A stretch of 64,000 nt of DNA from Patescibacteria group bacterium. Its GTDB lineage: Bacteria > Patescibacteriota > UBA1384 > DATEAH01. The stretch spans positions 27,770-91,769 of the forward strand of contig DATEAH010000006.1 of NCBI GenBank assembly GCA_035288465.1, written 5' to 3'. Positions 9,724 through 19,736 of this stretch are shown piece by piece. The number at the start of each line of letters is the position of its first letter. Positions within the stretch are counted from its first letter, which is position 1. A model generated the notes under the pieces. The model was given only the letters and a program-made list of their open reading frames with translations, was not told where the DNA came from and made no database searches. The position numbers and the translations under genes are program-made.

Positions 9724-11058
9724 CTATTTTTTCAAATGCTTTTTGAGTTCATCGCGGACGATTTGGCGTTCGTCCCAAGGGATTTTTTTATCACCCACCG
9801 CCATACACATTTCCGCCCCTTTGCCGGTAATGACCACTAAATCATCTTTTTCAGCCAGTTGAATCGCTTTTTTGATCGCTTTTTGGCGATTTAAAATTTT
9901 GTAATAATCTTGACCCAGCACCATTTTTTGATTTTTTTTGCCACGCGGCACACCGGCGGCGACTTGATCAATAATGTCTTTAGGCCTTTCGTGATAGGGA
10001 TCTTCGTCAGTGACAATCACAATATCAGTCCATTGCGAAGCTAAAGCACCCATAATTGGTCGTTTGGTTTTGTCGCGGTCGCCAGTGGCACCTAAAACTG
10101 AAATAATTTTCCCGGGCACCAAAGGCTTGACGGTTTGGTAAATTTTTTGCAAAGCATCTGGGGTGTGGGCATAATCAACAATCACCCCAAAATCCTGGCC
10201 TTCTTCTATTTTTTCCATTCGCCCTGGTACCTGCACTAATCTTTCCAAGCCTAATTTAATATATTTGAGGTCAATATTTTGAGACAAACCAACGCAAATA
10301 GCAGCTAAGGCATTTTCAATGTTGAATTTGCCAGGCAAAGCTAAAACAAATTCCGCTGAGCCAAAAGGTGTTTCGACCACAAATTGGCTGCCGGCAATAT
10401 CTGAAAAAGTGTGGCGAGCAATAATTTCATGGTCAGCTTTGGCGCGCGGTCCAATTCGATATGAATATTTTTTATCAGCCGGAAATTGCCAAAAATATTC
10501 AAAGGTTGGGTCTTCGGCGTTTATGACCGAGACTTTTTTCACGCCTGGTTTGCGTTCAAATTTCATTAATTTGGCAAATAATTTACCTTTGGAGTCGCGA
10601 TATTCAGTCATAGAGTGGTGATAATCTAAATGGTCGTGCGTTAAATTTGTAAAAGCCAAAATATCATAAGGAATGCCCCAAACCCGATTTTGATCAATGG
10701 CGTGAGAAGTGGTTTCCACAACCACATATTGGCAATCAGCTTTGAGGGCTTTGGCTAAAAAACTCTGCAGATGAAAAGCGGAAATCGTGGTCATCTTGGT
10801 TAAGTTTGGCCAAAGCTCATCGCCGATTCGAAAATTAACCGAACTTATGTGCGCGGTTTTATAACCAGCGCCCTGCAAAATTGAACTAATTAAATTAACA
10901 ACCGTAGTTTTGCCGTTGGTGCCGGTGACGCCGATAATGATCATTTTTTGAGCGGGAAAACCAAAACGGACACAGGCAATCCGGCTCTGCATAAGGTGAT
11001 AAAAATTTATAAAACCTGAGGGGAGAATTTTTTTCAAAAATTGTTTAATTTTATACAT
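9724..11058 (-). CDS. Mur ligase family protein, MurE-like
   Basis: P-loop IIGVTGTNGKTT, Mur ligase motifs TTSHAIDQNR and FTNLTHDHLDYH, and DYAHTPDAL, which is typical of MurE. It lacks the usual N-terminal domain. Confidence 0.6.
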   Translation of the reverse strand: MYKIKQFLKKILPSGFINFYHLMQSRIACVRFGFPAQKMIIIGVTGTNGKTTVVNLISSILQGAGYKTAHISSVNFRIGDELWPNLTKMTTISAFHLQSFLAKALKADCQYVVVETTSHAIDQNRVWGIPYDILAFTNLTHDHLDYHHSMTEYRDSKGKLFAKLMKFERKPGVKKVSVINAEDPTFEYFWQFPADKKYSYRIGPRAKADHEIIARHTFSDIAGSQFVVETPFGSAEFVLALPGKFNIENALAAICVGLSQNIDLKYIKLGLERLVQVPGRMEKIEEGQDFGVIVDYAHTPDALQKIYQTVKPLVPGKIISVLGATGDRDKTKRPIMGALASQWTDIVIVTDEDPYHERPKDIIDQVAAGVPRGKKNQKMVLGQDYYKILNRQKAIKKAIQLAEKDDLVVITGKGAEMCMAVGDKKIPWDERQIVRDELKKHLKK

Positions 11059-11132
11059 TGAAGCTCCAAAAACTCATTATTTTTAGGGTGAAACCTCGGC
11101 GAAATTACGATCGCGATTGGGATTTAGACGGG

Positions 11133-12146
11133 TTAAAACTTTCTCCTCAAAAAACTCAAACCGCGATAAAATTGATATAAAACATGCACAAAAACCAAAT
11201 CAAAACCGCCCAAGTAATTTACTCGCTCGCCACCAAAACCCAATTTAAAACGCGTCAAACCCAACCATTTGTGGTGAGATTGGTCAGCAGGCGCCACGCC
11301 CCAAAAATCATAAAATTTCTGGCCATTTTTTTGAGCGTCTTGAATTGCTTGCCATTGTAATAAATGAGGCGCCATAACCTGGTGGAATTTTGGCAAACTG
11401 CCGCCATGCAAATAACAGGCATCGGAACCGAAAAATGAGACTAGAATTCCCGCCACCACCTCATTTTGATGTTCCGCCAGATATAATTTCGCTCGGCCAT
11501 TTTTACCAAAAACCCTTAATAATTTATCATAATGCTCTTTTTTGAAAATATCGAATTTTTGATTTTGGCTCGTCTCAGATAAAATTTTATAAAATGCCTC
11601 GATGTCTTGACTGAAGTTTTCGGAAACTCGAACCTGAACGCCTCTTTTTTCCGCTAACCGGATATTGTAGCGGGTTTTATGATGCATTTGGGCTAACAAT
11701 TTTTCAGGAGATATTTCCAAAGGTAAAACTAAAGTTGAAGCAGGCTGAATCCCGGGTGATTTTTTAAATTTTTCGGGAATTTGAAGCTGATATGGTTTTT
11801 TGACCTTGGGTTCAATTTTGAGGAAAATCGCTTTTTCTTTTTTGGCAATTTGCGCAATTTTAGCAAAAAGCGCTTGGCCAATTTTTAAATCCCAGTTGCG
11901 AATTCCCAAAACTGGACCGCGCGGACAATATAACCAACTCAAATTGCGAGGCAGTTTATGTTTAATAATAAGTGCTATGGCAATTATTTTATCATTTTCA
12001 ATGATTTTAAGGCGAAAAGCGCGATTGCCTAATGATTCTTGAAAATCACCCCATTCCCAACTTTGCAAAAAACTGCCCAATTCTGAGGTTTGGACAAAAT
12101 TATTCCAATTTTCTTGATCGCAAATTTCAGCTGGTAAAATTTCCAT
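11133..12146 (-). CDS. FemAB-family peptidoglycan interpeptide aminoacyltransferase (FemX-like)
   Basis: Carries the FLQSWEWGDFQ motif characteristic of FemAB (PF02388) at a size of 337 aa. It sits next to the Mur ligase gene. Confidence 0.7.
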   Translation of the reverse strand: MEILPAEICDQENWNNFVQTSELGSFLQSWEWGDFQESLGNRAFRLKIIENDKIIAIALIIKHKLPRNLSWLYCPRGPVLGIRNWDLKIGQALFAKIAQIAKKEKAIFLKIEPKVKKPYQLQIPEKFKKSPGIQPASTLVLPLEISPEKLLAQMHHKTRYNIRLAEKRGVQVRVSENFSQDIEAFYKILSETSQNQKFDIFKKEHYDKLLRVFGKNGRAKLYLAEHQNEVVAGILVSFFGSDACYLHGGSLPKFHQVMAPHLLQWQAIQDAQKNGQKFYDFWGVAPADQSHHKWLGLTRFKLGFGGERVNYLGGFDLVFVHVLYQFYRGLSFLRRKF

Positions 12147-12274
12147 TAATTTCGGCTTTCTCTTTTCTCTAATTTTATCATTTCAAGCTAAAAATGACAA
12201 GAAAAAAGCTGGCAAAAGTTCTGTGAGCAGAATTGTTGCCAGCAATTAGAAAAAAATGTTGAATAATTATTATA

Positions 12275-12727
12275 TTATAGGGAAATTGAAGAAGTACTTT
12301 CAGAGGGCAAAACTGCTGGTGGACGCAACATAAAATGTATATCCCGGGCTATTGTCTGGTCAGTATCTTGATCGGATTGTTTGTCAGAAATGCGCATAAG
12401 CCGTCTTAATCTCACAACCCCAGAACAAAGATTTTGTCTTTCAATATCGGGTAGTTTTTGATACCATCTCCGAATATCAATTACCAATGATGCTGAATGC
12501 ATATTCCTGTTTGGCAAAAGGTCCGGGACTGCCTGGGGTCCGTTCTGATTCCAGCCAAAAATACGTAAAGCCTCTTCCATCATCAATTCAATTTCATTTT
12601 TTGGCAATTGTTTTTCTTGGGCTTGAAGATAAAAAGGTTCAAGTGCTTCCTCAATCGCTTTAAAATCTTTTTGGGCTTGAAGAATTTCTCTGGTTTGGTC
12701 TATATCAGTCGCAGTATTTTCCGACAC
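12275..12727 (-). CDS. Hypothetical protein
   Basis: A 150 aa ORF with no recognisable motif. Confidence 0.4.
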   Translation of the reverse strand: MSENTATDIDQTREILQAQKDFKAIEEALEPFYLQAQEKQLPKNEIELMMEEALRIFGWNQNGPQAVPDLLPNRNMHSASLVIDIRRWYQKLPDIERQNLCSGVVRLRRLMRISDKQSDQDTDQTIARDIHFMLRPPAVLPSESTSSISL

Positions 12728-12825
12728 TTTATCTGCCTCCCTTCCGAGATATTTACATTATATCATTCCAATGTTTAACCGTCTATTTCCTTTTAAATCG
12801 AATGGAAAAATGGTAAAATGGCTTT

Positions 12826-13947
12826 ATGAAAATTTTAGGGATTGAAACCTCTTACGACCCCGCAAAGTCCCGACAAGTCGGAACAGCGGGGCAAGTGAAA
12901 CCGCGACAACTTATTCTTGGCATCGAAACTTCATGTGACGAAACAGCAGCAGCGGTTGTTAAAGTAGGTTCTGAAATTGAGATTCTGTCTAATGTCGTTG
13001 CCTCGCAAATTAAATTACATCGCCAATACGGCGGTGTTTTTCCTGAATTAGCCTCCAGAACTCATTTAGAAAATATTTTACCAACCATTAATTTAGCGTT
13101 AAAAAAGGCTCGGACTAATTTTGCCGAACTCGAGGCGATTGCCGTCACGGTCGGGCCGGGTTTAATTGGCTCACTTTTGATGGGGGTGGAGACTGCTAGA
13201 ACCTTGGCATATAGTTTCAAAAAACCTTTAATCGGCATAAATCACCTAGAGGGGCATCTGGCGGCTAATTTTGTTGATAAAAATTTAAAACAAATTGAAT
13301 TTCCGATTATTTGCTTAATCGTGTCGGGCGGGCATACTAGTTTAGTATTAATGCGTAAATTGGGAAATTATAAAACGATTGGCCAAACCCGAGATGATGC
13401 GGCCGGTGAAGCTTTTGATAAGGTGGCGCAGTTGTTGGGCTTAGAATATCCTGGAGGACCAGCAATTGAAGTCGCAGCTTTAAAAAGTAGAAAATTAGAA
13501 CTTAAAATTAAACTTCCAAGACCGATGATTGACAGCGAAGATTTTGATTTTTCGTTTTCCGGACTTAAGACCGCAGTTTTAAGGCTGACTAAAGAATTAG
13601 GACCTAAAAAAATCCAACAATTTAGAAACGAAATCGCGGCTGAATTTCAACAGGCAATTGTGGATGTTTTGGTCGCAAAAACCTTGAAAGCGGCTCAAAA
13701 ATATCAGGCGAAAACTATTTTGCTCTCTGGCGGCGTCGCGGCAAATTCAGCTTTAAGGAAAAAATTAGAAGCTGAAACCCTTAATTCAAAAGCTAATTTT
13801 TTGATGCCGCCCAAAAATCTCTGCACAGACAATGCGGCGATGATCGCGGTCGCCGCGGCTTTAAAAATTAACACAAAATCCGCCGCTCAAGAATTTAATA
13901 AAGGGTGGCAAAAAATCTCCGCGCAATCTAATTTAGAGTTGAGCTAA
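12826..13947 (+). CDS. tsaD: tRNA N6-adenosine threonylcarbamoyltransferase
   Basis: LILGIETSCDETAAAVV and the HxxGH-type Kae1/TsaD core. The first 33 codons duplicate the ILGIETS motif around a GC-rich hairpin. An in-frame GTG at 12895 preceded by GGGG is an alternative start. Confidence 0.85.
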   Translation: MKILGIETSYDPAKSRQVGTAGQVKPRQLILGIETSCDETAAAVVKVGSEIEILSNVVASQIKLHRQYGGVFPELASRTHLENILPTINLALKKARTNFAELEAIAVTVGPGLIGSLLMGVETARTLAYSFKKPLIGINHLEGHLAANFVDKNLKQIEFPIICLIVSGGHTSLVLMRKLGNYKTIGQTRDDAAGEAFDKVAQLLGLEYPGGPAIEVAALKSRKLELKIKLPRPMIDSEDFDFSFSGLKTAVLRLTKELGPKKIQQFRNEIAAEFQQAIVDVLVAKTLKAAQKYQAKTILLSGGVAANSALRKKLEAETLNSKANFLMPPKNLCTDNAAMIAVAAALKINTKSAAQEFNKGWQKISAQSNLELS

Positions 13948-13978
13948 TTATTAAAATCAGCTATAATAAAATTACATT

Positions 13979-16180
13979 ATGAATAAAGAATTGTCTAAAC
14001 AATACGAGCCGAAAAAAGTTGAGCCTGAAATTTATCAATATTGGGAAAAAGGCAAATTTTTTGAAGCTAATATTGATACCGGCAAAGAACCATTCTGCAT
14101 GATGATTCCGCCTCCAAACGTGACCGGTGAATTGCATATGGGTCATGCTTTAAACAATACGATTATTGACAGCTTGATTCGCTGGCAAAGGATGAAAGGC
14201 AAAAACGCTCTCTATCAGCCAGGTACTGATCATGCCGGCATTGCCACTCAAAACAAAGTTGAGCAAAAATTAGCCAAAGAAGGCAAAACCCGCTTGGATC
14301 TTGGCCGAAAAAATTTTGAGAAAGAGGTTTGGAACTGGAAAAACCAATACGAAAAAAGGATTTTGGGCCAGCTAAAAACTTTGGGCTGTTCGTGTGATTG
14401 GCAACGCAACCGCTTTACGATGGATGCCGAATATACTGAAGCGGTCATGACCGCCTTTAAACATTATTATGATAAGGGTTGGATTTATCAAGGTACGCGC
14501 GTAGTTAACTGGTGCCCGCGTTGCGCAACTTCAATTTCCGATATTGAGGTCAAACACAAACCGCAAAAAACTCTCTTATATTATTTTAAATATGATTTAA
14601 AATTTCCGATTACCATCGCCACCACCAGGCCAGAAACAAAACTTGGCGACACTGGCGTGGCAGTGCATCCCAAGGACAAGAGATATAAAAAATTTATTGG
14701 CAAAACTTTTCAAATTGATTTTGCCGGCCAAAAACGCGAGATCAAAGTGGTCGCCGATTCTTCGATTAATCGCAAATTTGGCACCGGGGCAGTGGGCTTG
14801 ACGCCAGCGCATTCAATAATTGATGAAAAAATCGCGGACAAAAATCACTTGGAAAAAATCAAGATAATTGATGAAAAAATTAGAATGACTGAAGCTGCTG
14901 GCAAGGATTTTGTCGGTTTGCGGCCAAAAGCAGCTCGCGAAAAAGTTGTCGCCTGGTTGCGCGATCAAAAATTAATATCAAGGGAAGTTGAAATCGAGCA
15001 TAATTTATCACTTTGTGATCGCTGTTCAACTACGGTTGAACCTTTGCCGTCTTTGCAATGGTTTTTAAAAATGTCGCAATTGGCTAAACCCGCCATTGAA
15101 GCTGTAAAAACGGGGAAAATTAAATTTCACCCCGCATTTTGGAAAAAAGTGTATTTGGCTTGGATGGAAAATATTGAAGATTGGTGCATTTCCAGACAGC
15201 TTTGGTGGGGACACAGATTGCCGGTATGGCACAAACAGGAAGAAATCCGAAATCCGAAATCCGAAATCCTAAACAAATCCCAATTTCAAAATTCCAAAAG
15301 TTTAGAAATTAGAAATTCGGATTTAGACATTTATGTTGGCGATAATCCGCCTGAAGGTTATGAACAAGTTGAAGATGTTTTAGACACTTGGTTTTCATCA
15401 GCCTTGTGGCCGTTTGCGGCTCTGGGTTGGCCGCAACCATCGCCGGTTTTTCAATATTATTTTCCCACCCAAATTTTGTCAACCGCCCGTGATATTATTT
15501 TCTTATGGGTGGCGAGAATGATTTTTTCCAGCTTGGAGTTAACTGGCGAGATTCCCTTTCGCGATGTTTATATCCATCCGACAATTTTTAATATTGAAGG
15601 CAGGCGCATGTCTAAATCTTTAGGCACTGGTGTTGATCCTTTGGAATTAATTAAAAAATACGGTGCAGATGCGGTTAGATTTGGTTTGCTCGCACAAAAT
15701 ACTGGGGTTCAGGATTTAAAATTTTCCGAAGACACCATCGCGGCTGGTGCAAAATTTGCGAACAAAATTTGGAATGCGGTCAGATTCGTGCGCATGAATT
15801 TGGAAATTTCCGACACCAAACTCCAAAAAATGGACAAAGCCCCAAAAGCGATTACTGACCACGATAAGAAGTTTCTCAACAACTTGAATAATATCATCAA
15901 ATCAACTGATAATAATTTGACGAATTTCCGCTTTGGCCAGACTGCCCAAGAATTATATAACTTTTTCTGGCATACTTTTTGCGATCAATATTTGGAATAT
16001 TCCAAAGAGCAGATGAAAGACGAAAAGCTCAAAAAAAATACCCAAAAAATTTTATATTACACCATTTGCCAAAGTTTGAAATTAATGCATCCGATTATGC
16101 CATTTATTACCGAAGAAATTTGGCGTGAACTCGGTCAAAAAACGCCATTGATAATTTCTGAGTGGCCGAAAAGTCAGTAA
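13979..16180 (+). CDS. valS: Valyl-tRNA synthetase (short form lacking the C-terminal coiled coil) with an in-frame repeat-derived insertion
   Basis: PPPNVTGELHMGHA (HIGH), DWCISRQLWWGHRLP, DTWFSSALWPF and GRRMSKSLG (KMSKS) identify the enzyme. A roughly 30 aa insertion lies between the WCISRQ and DTWFSS blocks. Confidence 0.9.
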   Translation: MNKELSKQYEPKKVEPEIYQYWEKGKFFEANIDTGKEPFCMMIPPPNVTGELHMGHALNNTIIDSLIRWQRMKGKNALYQPGTDHAGIATQNKVEQKLAKEGKTRLDLGRKNFEKEVWNWKNQYEKRILGQLKTLGCSCDWQRNRFTMDAEYTEAVMTAFKHYYDKGWIYQGTRVVNWCPRCATSISDIEVKHKPQKTLLYYFKYDLKFPITIATTRPETKLGDTGVAVHPKDKRYKKFIGKTFQIDFAGQKREIKVVADSSINRKFGTGAVGLTPAHSIIDEKIADKNHLEKIKIIDEKIRMTEAAGKDFVGLRPKAAREKVVAWLRDQKLISREVEIEHNLSLCDRCSTTVEPLPSLQWFLKMSQLAKPAIEAVKTGKIKFHPAFWKKVYLAWMENIEDWCISRQLWWGHRLPVWHKQEEIRNPKSEILNKSQFQNSKSLEIRNSDLDIYVGDNPPEGYEQVEDVLDTWFSSALWPFAALGWPQPSPVFQYYFPTQILSTARDIIFLWVARMIFSSLELTGEIPFRDVYIHPTIFNIEGRRMSKSLGTGVDPLELIKKYGADAVRFGLLAQNTGVQDLKFSEDTIAAGAKFANKIWNAVRFVRMNLEISDTKLQKMDKAPKAITDHDKKFLNNLNNIIKSTDNNLTNFRFGQTAQELYNFFWHTFCDQYLEYSKEQMKDEKLKKNTQKILYYTICQSLKLMHPIMPFITEEIWRELGQKTPLIISEWPKSQ
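15241..15330. repeat. MITE-like palindromic repeat copy R3, inserted in-frame inside valS
   Basis: The DNA agaaatccgaaatccgaaatccgaaatcctaaacaaatcccaatttcaaaattccaaaagtttagaaattagaaattcggatttag matches the intergenic copies at 9537, 27021, 31660 and 49830. It includes the same ctaaacaaatcccaat core and has inverted-repeat ends. It encodes EEIRNPKSEILNKSQFQNSKSLEIRNSDLDI. Confidence 0.65.
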
Positions 16181-16265
16181 ACGGTTAACAATCAACAGTT
16201 AATAACTCTGTGGTCCGAAATAGAGATTGGGGATTATGCCCGCCAAGTCTTAGAACTCACCTTTT

Positions 16266-16387
16266 CAGTATTACCGCGCCCGCCATTACTACGCTCAGGC
16301 GTTGCGGGCGGGTTCATACACGGTTCGTGCTGCGAATATCAGCGGGTTGCACACCAATTATATTAATTTTCTGGAGTGCAGGAGGGG
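16266..16387 (+). promoter_or_regulatory. Conserved structured leader element, copy B, upstream of the TPR gene
   Basis: It shares the same conserved blocks as 3309..3438 at about 85-90% identity. Intervening variable segments could each form their own hairpins. It ends ggagtgcaggagggg. Confidence 0.5.
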
Positions 16388-17314
16388 ATTTTGAAGAAAA
16401 AAATTTTAATAATTTTAGGCATTATTCTAGTTCTCGTGGGAATTTTTTTCGCGACTAAACCATACCGAACTAGTTTAGCTGCAACATATCTTAGTTTGGG
16501 TGATAAATTAATGGAAAACCAAGAATATCCGGAAGCGAAGACCCAATATTTAAAAGCGCGCTTGCTTTTACCTGGTAATTTTGGGGTGACTTTTAAAGTG
16601 GCCGAAACATATGAAAAATTGGGAAATTATCAATTATCCTATTCCTATTATAATAAAGCTAGGAAAATCTTACCAAATGACCCGAAAACATATTTAGCAA
16701 TGGCAAATATCAATTGGCGAAATAATAATTTAGACAAAGCGGTCGAGATTTTAAATAAAGGACTTGACAAAATTTCTAACAACAACGATCGCCAACTTTT
16801 ACAAATTAACCTGGGTAAAATTTATTTAATTAAAAAAGATTCCGCCAAAGCGAAAACTGCTTTTTCTGATACTGGTTCTAATTATTGGCTAGGAATTTAT
16901 TTCGCCTATCTCGGTGATTACCAAAGCGCTAAAAATTATTTTAGAAAAGAAACAACTGATAACGCCAAACTTTTTAACCAAGCGACAGTAAAAATTATTA
17001 ATACCAAAAGCGAGCCAACCCAAAAAGCGATTTTGGCCCAGATGCTAAATCAAACTGGTGAAGCCAGACTTGCGCTTCCAATTCTTAAAGATTTGGTTCA
17101 AAAAAATCCCGAATATCGGGATGCCTGGATATTTTTAGGTTATTCGAATTTAGAATTAGGAAATTCCAGTGAAGCCCTTGCTGCGCTCGAAACTGCCCAA
17201 AAATTAGACCCGATATATCCCCTAACATATGAACTCTTGGCCAAGCTCTACCAAAATAAAGGTAATGAGGCAAAAGCCAAAGAATATTTAGACCGCGCTA
17301 ACGCTCTCAAATAA
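16376..17314 (+). CDS. TPR-repeat protein with N-terminal transmembrane anchor
   Basis: An N-terminal TM (ILIILGIILVLVGIFF) followed by multiple TPR-like 34-aa repeats. The likely true start is the TTG at 16391 after the SD. Confidence 0.65.
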   Translation: MQEGILKKKILIILGIILVLVGIFFATKPYRTSLAATYLSLGDKLMENQEYPEAKTQYLKARLLLPGNFGVTFKVAETYEKLGNYQLSYSYYNKARKILPNDPKTYLAMANINWRNNNLDKAVEILNKGLDKISNNNDRQLLQINLGKIYLIKKDSAKAKTAFSDTGSNYWLGIYFAYLGDYQSAKNYFRKETTDNAKLFNQATVKIINTKSEPTQKAILAQMLNQTGEARLALPILKDLVQKNPEYRDAWIFLGYSNLELGNSSEALAALETAQKLDPIYPLTYELLAKLYQNKGNEAKAKEYLDRANALK

Positions 17315-17327
17315 AACTTATTCGAGT

Positions 17328-19154
17328 TTATGGACTTTTGATGCCAAATAAAATGCTGCGAATTGGCGGATCGGAAACTTCAAGATTGGCATTAATCACT
17401 TTGCGCACAGTTTGACCGGTGACTTCAACCGAACCTGCGGAGCCAGTTAAACGAATTGCAATAACGCGGCCGGAAATACCGCGATTTAAAATTTCAATTT
17501 TTTGTAAAGTGCCGACATTGGTTTCGGCATTATTGGCAAAAATTTTTGATAATTCATCGCGACTAAAAACTTTACTGGACCATTTCCACCAGGGCGAATC
17601 TTCTTCCCATAAACTTGGCACTGCTCTCAAATATGGCCGTGGACTACCACCCCAAACATTTTCATTATTTTCCGTATATCCACCAGAAGTGGAATGATAA
17701 TAAGTGGGAATGACTTCGGCGCCATATACAACAACTTGGCCGCTGGTTTCGTCAACGGCTTTGTCTGTTTCGGTTGATTGATGCTTTTTACCTAAATAAA
17801 CTTGAAAACGCGTCGTGTCATCAACATCAAAAACTGCTTGAGGCTTGATGGCTCGAAAAGCATATGACCTGGCCGCGATAGCTTGCGCTTTTAAGGCTTC
17901 AGCGGGCCAGGAATGCGGCATTTCCGAAGGCACGACGCCTTTGAGATATTGCTCAAAACTGACAATATTAATCGTGTATAGCGAGCCACCAATATTTTTA
18001 ACCTGCATTGCGCCGTAATATTCATTATAACCCGACATTTTATAATCCACCCGCAACACGCCAGCAGCTGTCAAAGGTGCTATGGTGACATCGCCGGGAT
18101 TAGTGATGGTGGCGAGATTTTTACCCGAAGCATCAAAAATTGTAATTTGATTTTGAGAAATATTGGCACAGCCATTTTCGGGTATTGTCCTGGCTAAGAC
18201 CTTGGCCGATCCCGCGAGGCTGCAAATTTTTCCACCCGCCCCACCCAAAACTAAGCCGACACGAATTTTTAAACTGGCAGTATTTTTATTGGCAAGGTGA
18301 GTATTTTGATAATAATAACTCAAAATCTCTTGATAATTTTTACCTAATTTTGCTAAACCGCGCGCGCCATACTGGCTCATGCCAATGCCGTGCTCGGTGC
18401 CGCCGCCGGTAAAAATAAAAGTCTCGCCTGAGGCGGAATTTTGAGAAACAAAATCCCGTTCCAATAAAGAATTAATATGTTGCAATCTTAATAAATACTC
18501 TTGAATTTTGGAAGCGCGCAAATCCAAACTGCTTAAGCCTTGTTGCTTGGCAGATAGTTCCACCGCCAACAAAGCCATTCTGCCGGCAATCTCTTGTTGT
18601 TGAGATTTGAGATCGGAAATTTGGTCATCAAATAATTTCTCCCGCCTTGAAATTAGAGACAAAACTCGATCAATTTGACCGATTTTTCTGATTCGATCTT
18701 CAACCATAATCTGGGTTTCATCTTTGCCTTTTAAAAGATCAAAAAAATGCCCGGCATCGACATAATATGTGATATAAAAAAGCTTATCGTCAAAAACCAA
18801 ATAGAGTTCACGAAGAAGTGCTTTCCGCTGGCTAGCTAATTTAGGGGTAATAATTTTTAGCTTGGCTTTTTTGGTTTGCAGGCTGGTGATATCTTGATCT
18901 ATTTTTTGCTGCTGAGCTTCGAGATCTTTGAGTTTAGTGTCAAAATTGATAAATTTTTCTTCTAAATCCGAGACTTGGCTTTCATAAACTTCGCGGTCAG
19001 ATTTAATTTTTTCAAGCTGTGTTTCGGCTTGGCTTTTTTCGCTATCAACCGTTTGGTTGGCGTGAATTGATTGAGTCAGAAAAATACCTGCAAAGAGAAA
19101 AAGGACGAATAATATTTGAAGAATTTTTTTGAATTGTCGATGCACTTGCCCCAC
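17328..19154 (-). CDS. SpoIID/LytB-domain protein with N-terminal signal/TM and a long coiled-coil
   Basis: The C-terminal half has VPSEMPHSWPAEALKAQAIAARSYA, typical of SpoIID/LytB (PF08486). The N-terminal half is a heptad-rich coiled-coil. Confidence 0.65.
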   Translation of the reverse strand: MGQVHRQFKKILQILFVLFLFAGIFLTQSIHANQTVDSEKSQAETQLEKIKSDREVYESQVSDLEEKFINFDTKLKDLEAQQQKIDQDITSLQTKKAKLKIITPKLASQRKALLRELYLVFDDKLFYITYYVDAGHFFDLLKGKDETQIMVEDRIRKIGQIDRVLSLISRREKLFDDQISDLKSQQQEIAGRMALLAVELSAKQQGLSSLDLRASKIQEYLLRLQHINSLLERDFVSQNSASGETFIFTGGGTEHGIGMSQYGARGLAKLGKNYQEILSYYYQNTHLANKNTASLKIRVGLVLGGAGGKICSLAGSAKVLARTIPENGCANISQNQITIFDASGKNLATITNPGDVTIAPLTAAGVLRVDYKMSGYNEYYGAMQVKNIGGSLYTINIVSFEQYLKGVVPSEMPHSWPAEALKAQAIAARSYAFRAIKPQAVFDVDDTTRFQVYLGKKHQSTETDKAVDETSGQVVVYGAEVIPTYYHSTSGGYTENNENVWGGSPRPYLRAVPSLWEEDSPWWKWSSKVFSRDELSKIFANNAETNVGTLQKIEILNRGISGRVIAIRLTGSAGSVEVTGQTVRKVINANLEVSDPPIRSILFGIKSP

Positions 19155-19286
19155 CTTTTTAATTCAAGATTTATATTCTAATTTGACATTTTTAGTCAAT
19201 TTTATGGTATATTATAAATAGTAAAGAATCAAATTTGCTTAGCCTCGCGACGAGGATTATTTTGAGGTTATATATAAAATTCCAAA

Positions 19287-19673
19287 TTGCAACAACCGAT
19301 GACCAATCAAATTACAAATTCCAATCACCAAATAAAATTTGACTTAGAGGAACGTACCTCAAACTTCGGGAAAGAGATAATTAATTTTTCTAAGGGCATT
19401 AAAATAAATCCAATTAATAATCCAATAATTAACCAACTGGTAAGATCCGGAACAAGCGTTGGAGCAAATTATTGTGAAGCAAATGAATCAAATTCAAAAA
19501 GGGATTTTATCCATAAAATATCTATTGCCAAAAAGGAAGCTAAGGAAACCATGTATTGGCTTGGCCTGATAAGTAGTGCCGAACCAACCAAAGAAAATGA
19601 TGCAAAGCAGTTACGTAAGGAAGCTCACGAATTAGTCTTAATATTTTCATCAATAATTAAAAACAAGAAATAA
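19287..19673 (+). CDS. Four-helix-bundle protein (23S rRNA IVS protein / Avd-like family), paralog 1
   Basis: Motif QLVRSGTSVGANYCEANESNSKRDFIHKISIAKKEAKETMYWL matches the LxRSxxSIxANIxE...DF...E signature. It is paralogous to 25676..26050 and 28908..29273. Confidence 0.7.
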   Translation: MQQPMTNQITNSNHQIKFDLEERTSNFGKEIINFSKGIKINPINNPIINQLVRSGTSVGANYCEANESNSKRDFIHKISIAKKEAKETMYWLGLISSAEPTKENDAKQLRKEAHELVLIFSSIIKNKK

Positions 19674-19736
19674 ATTCGCACCTGAATATTGGACATTGAT
19701 TGGTGATTGAAATTTGATAATTGGAATTTATCCTAA

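Noticed and set aside
15244-15270. Tandem tccgaaa x3 microsatellite inside valS, considered as a CRISPR or STR
   Set aside because: There are only three short units and no spacers. It is part of the left arm of the MITE-like repeat copy.
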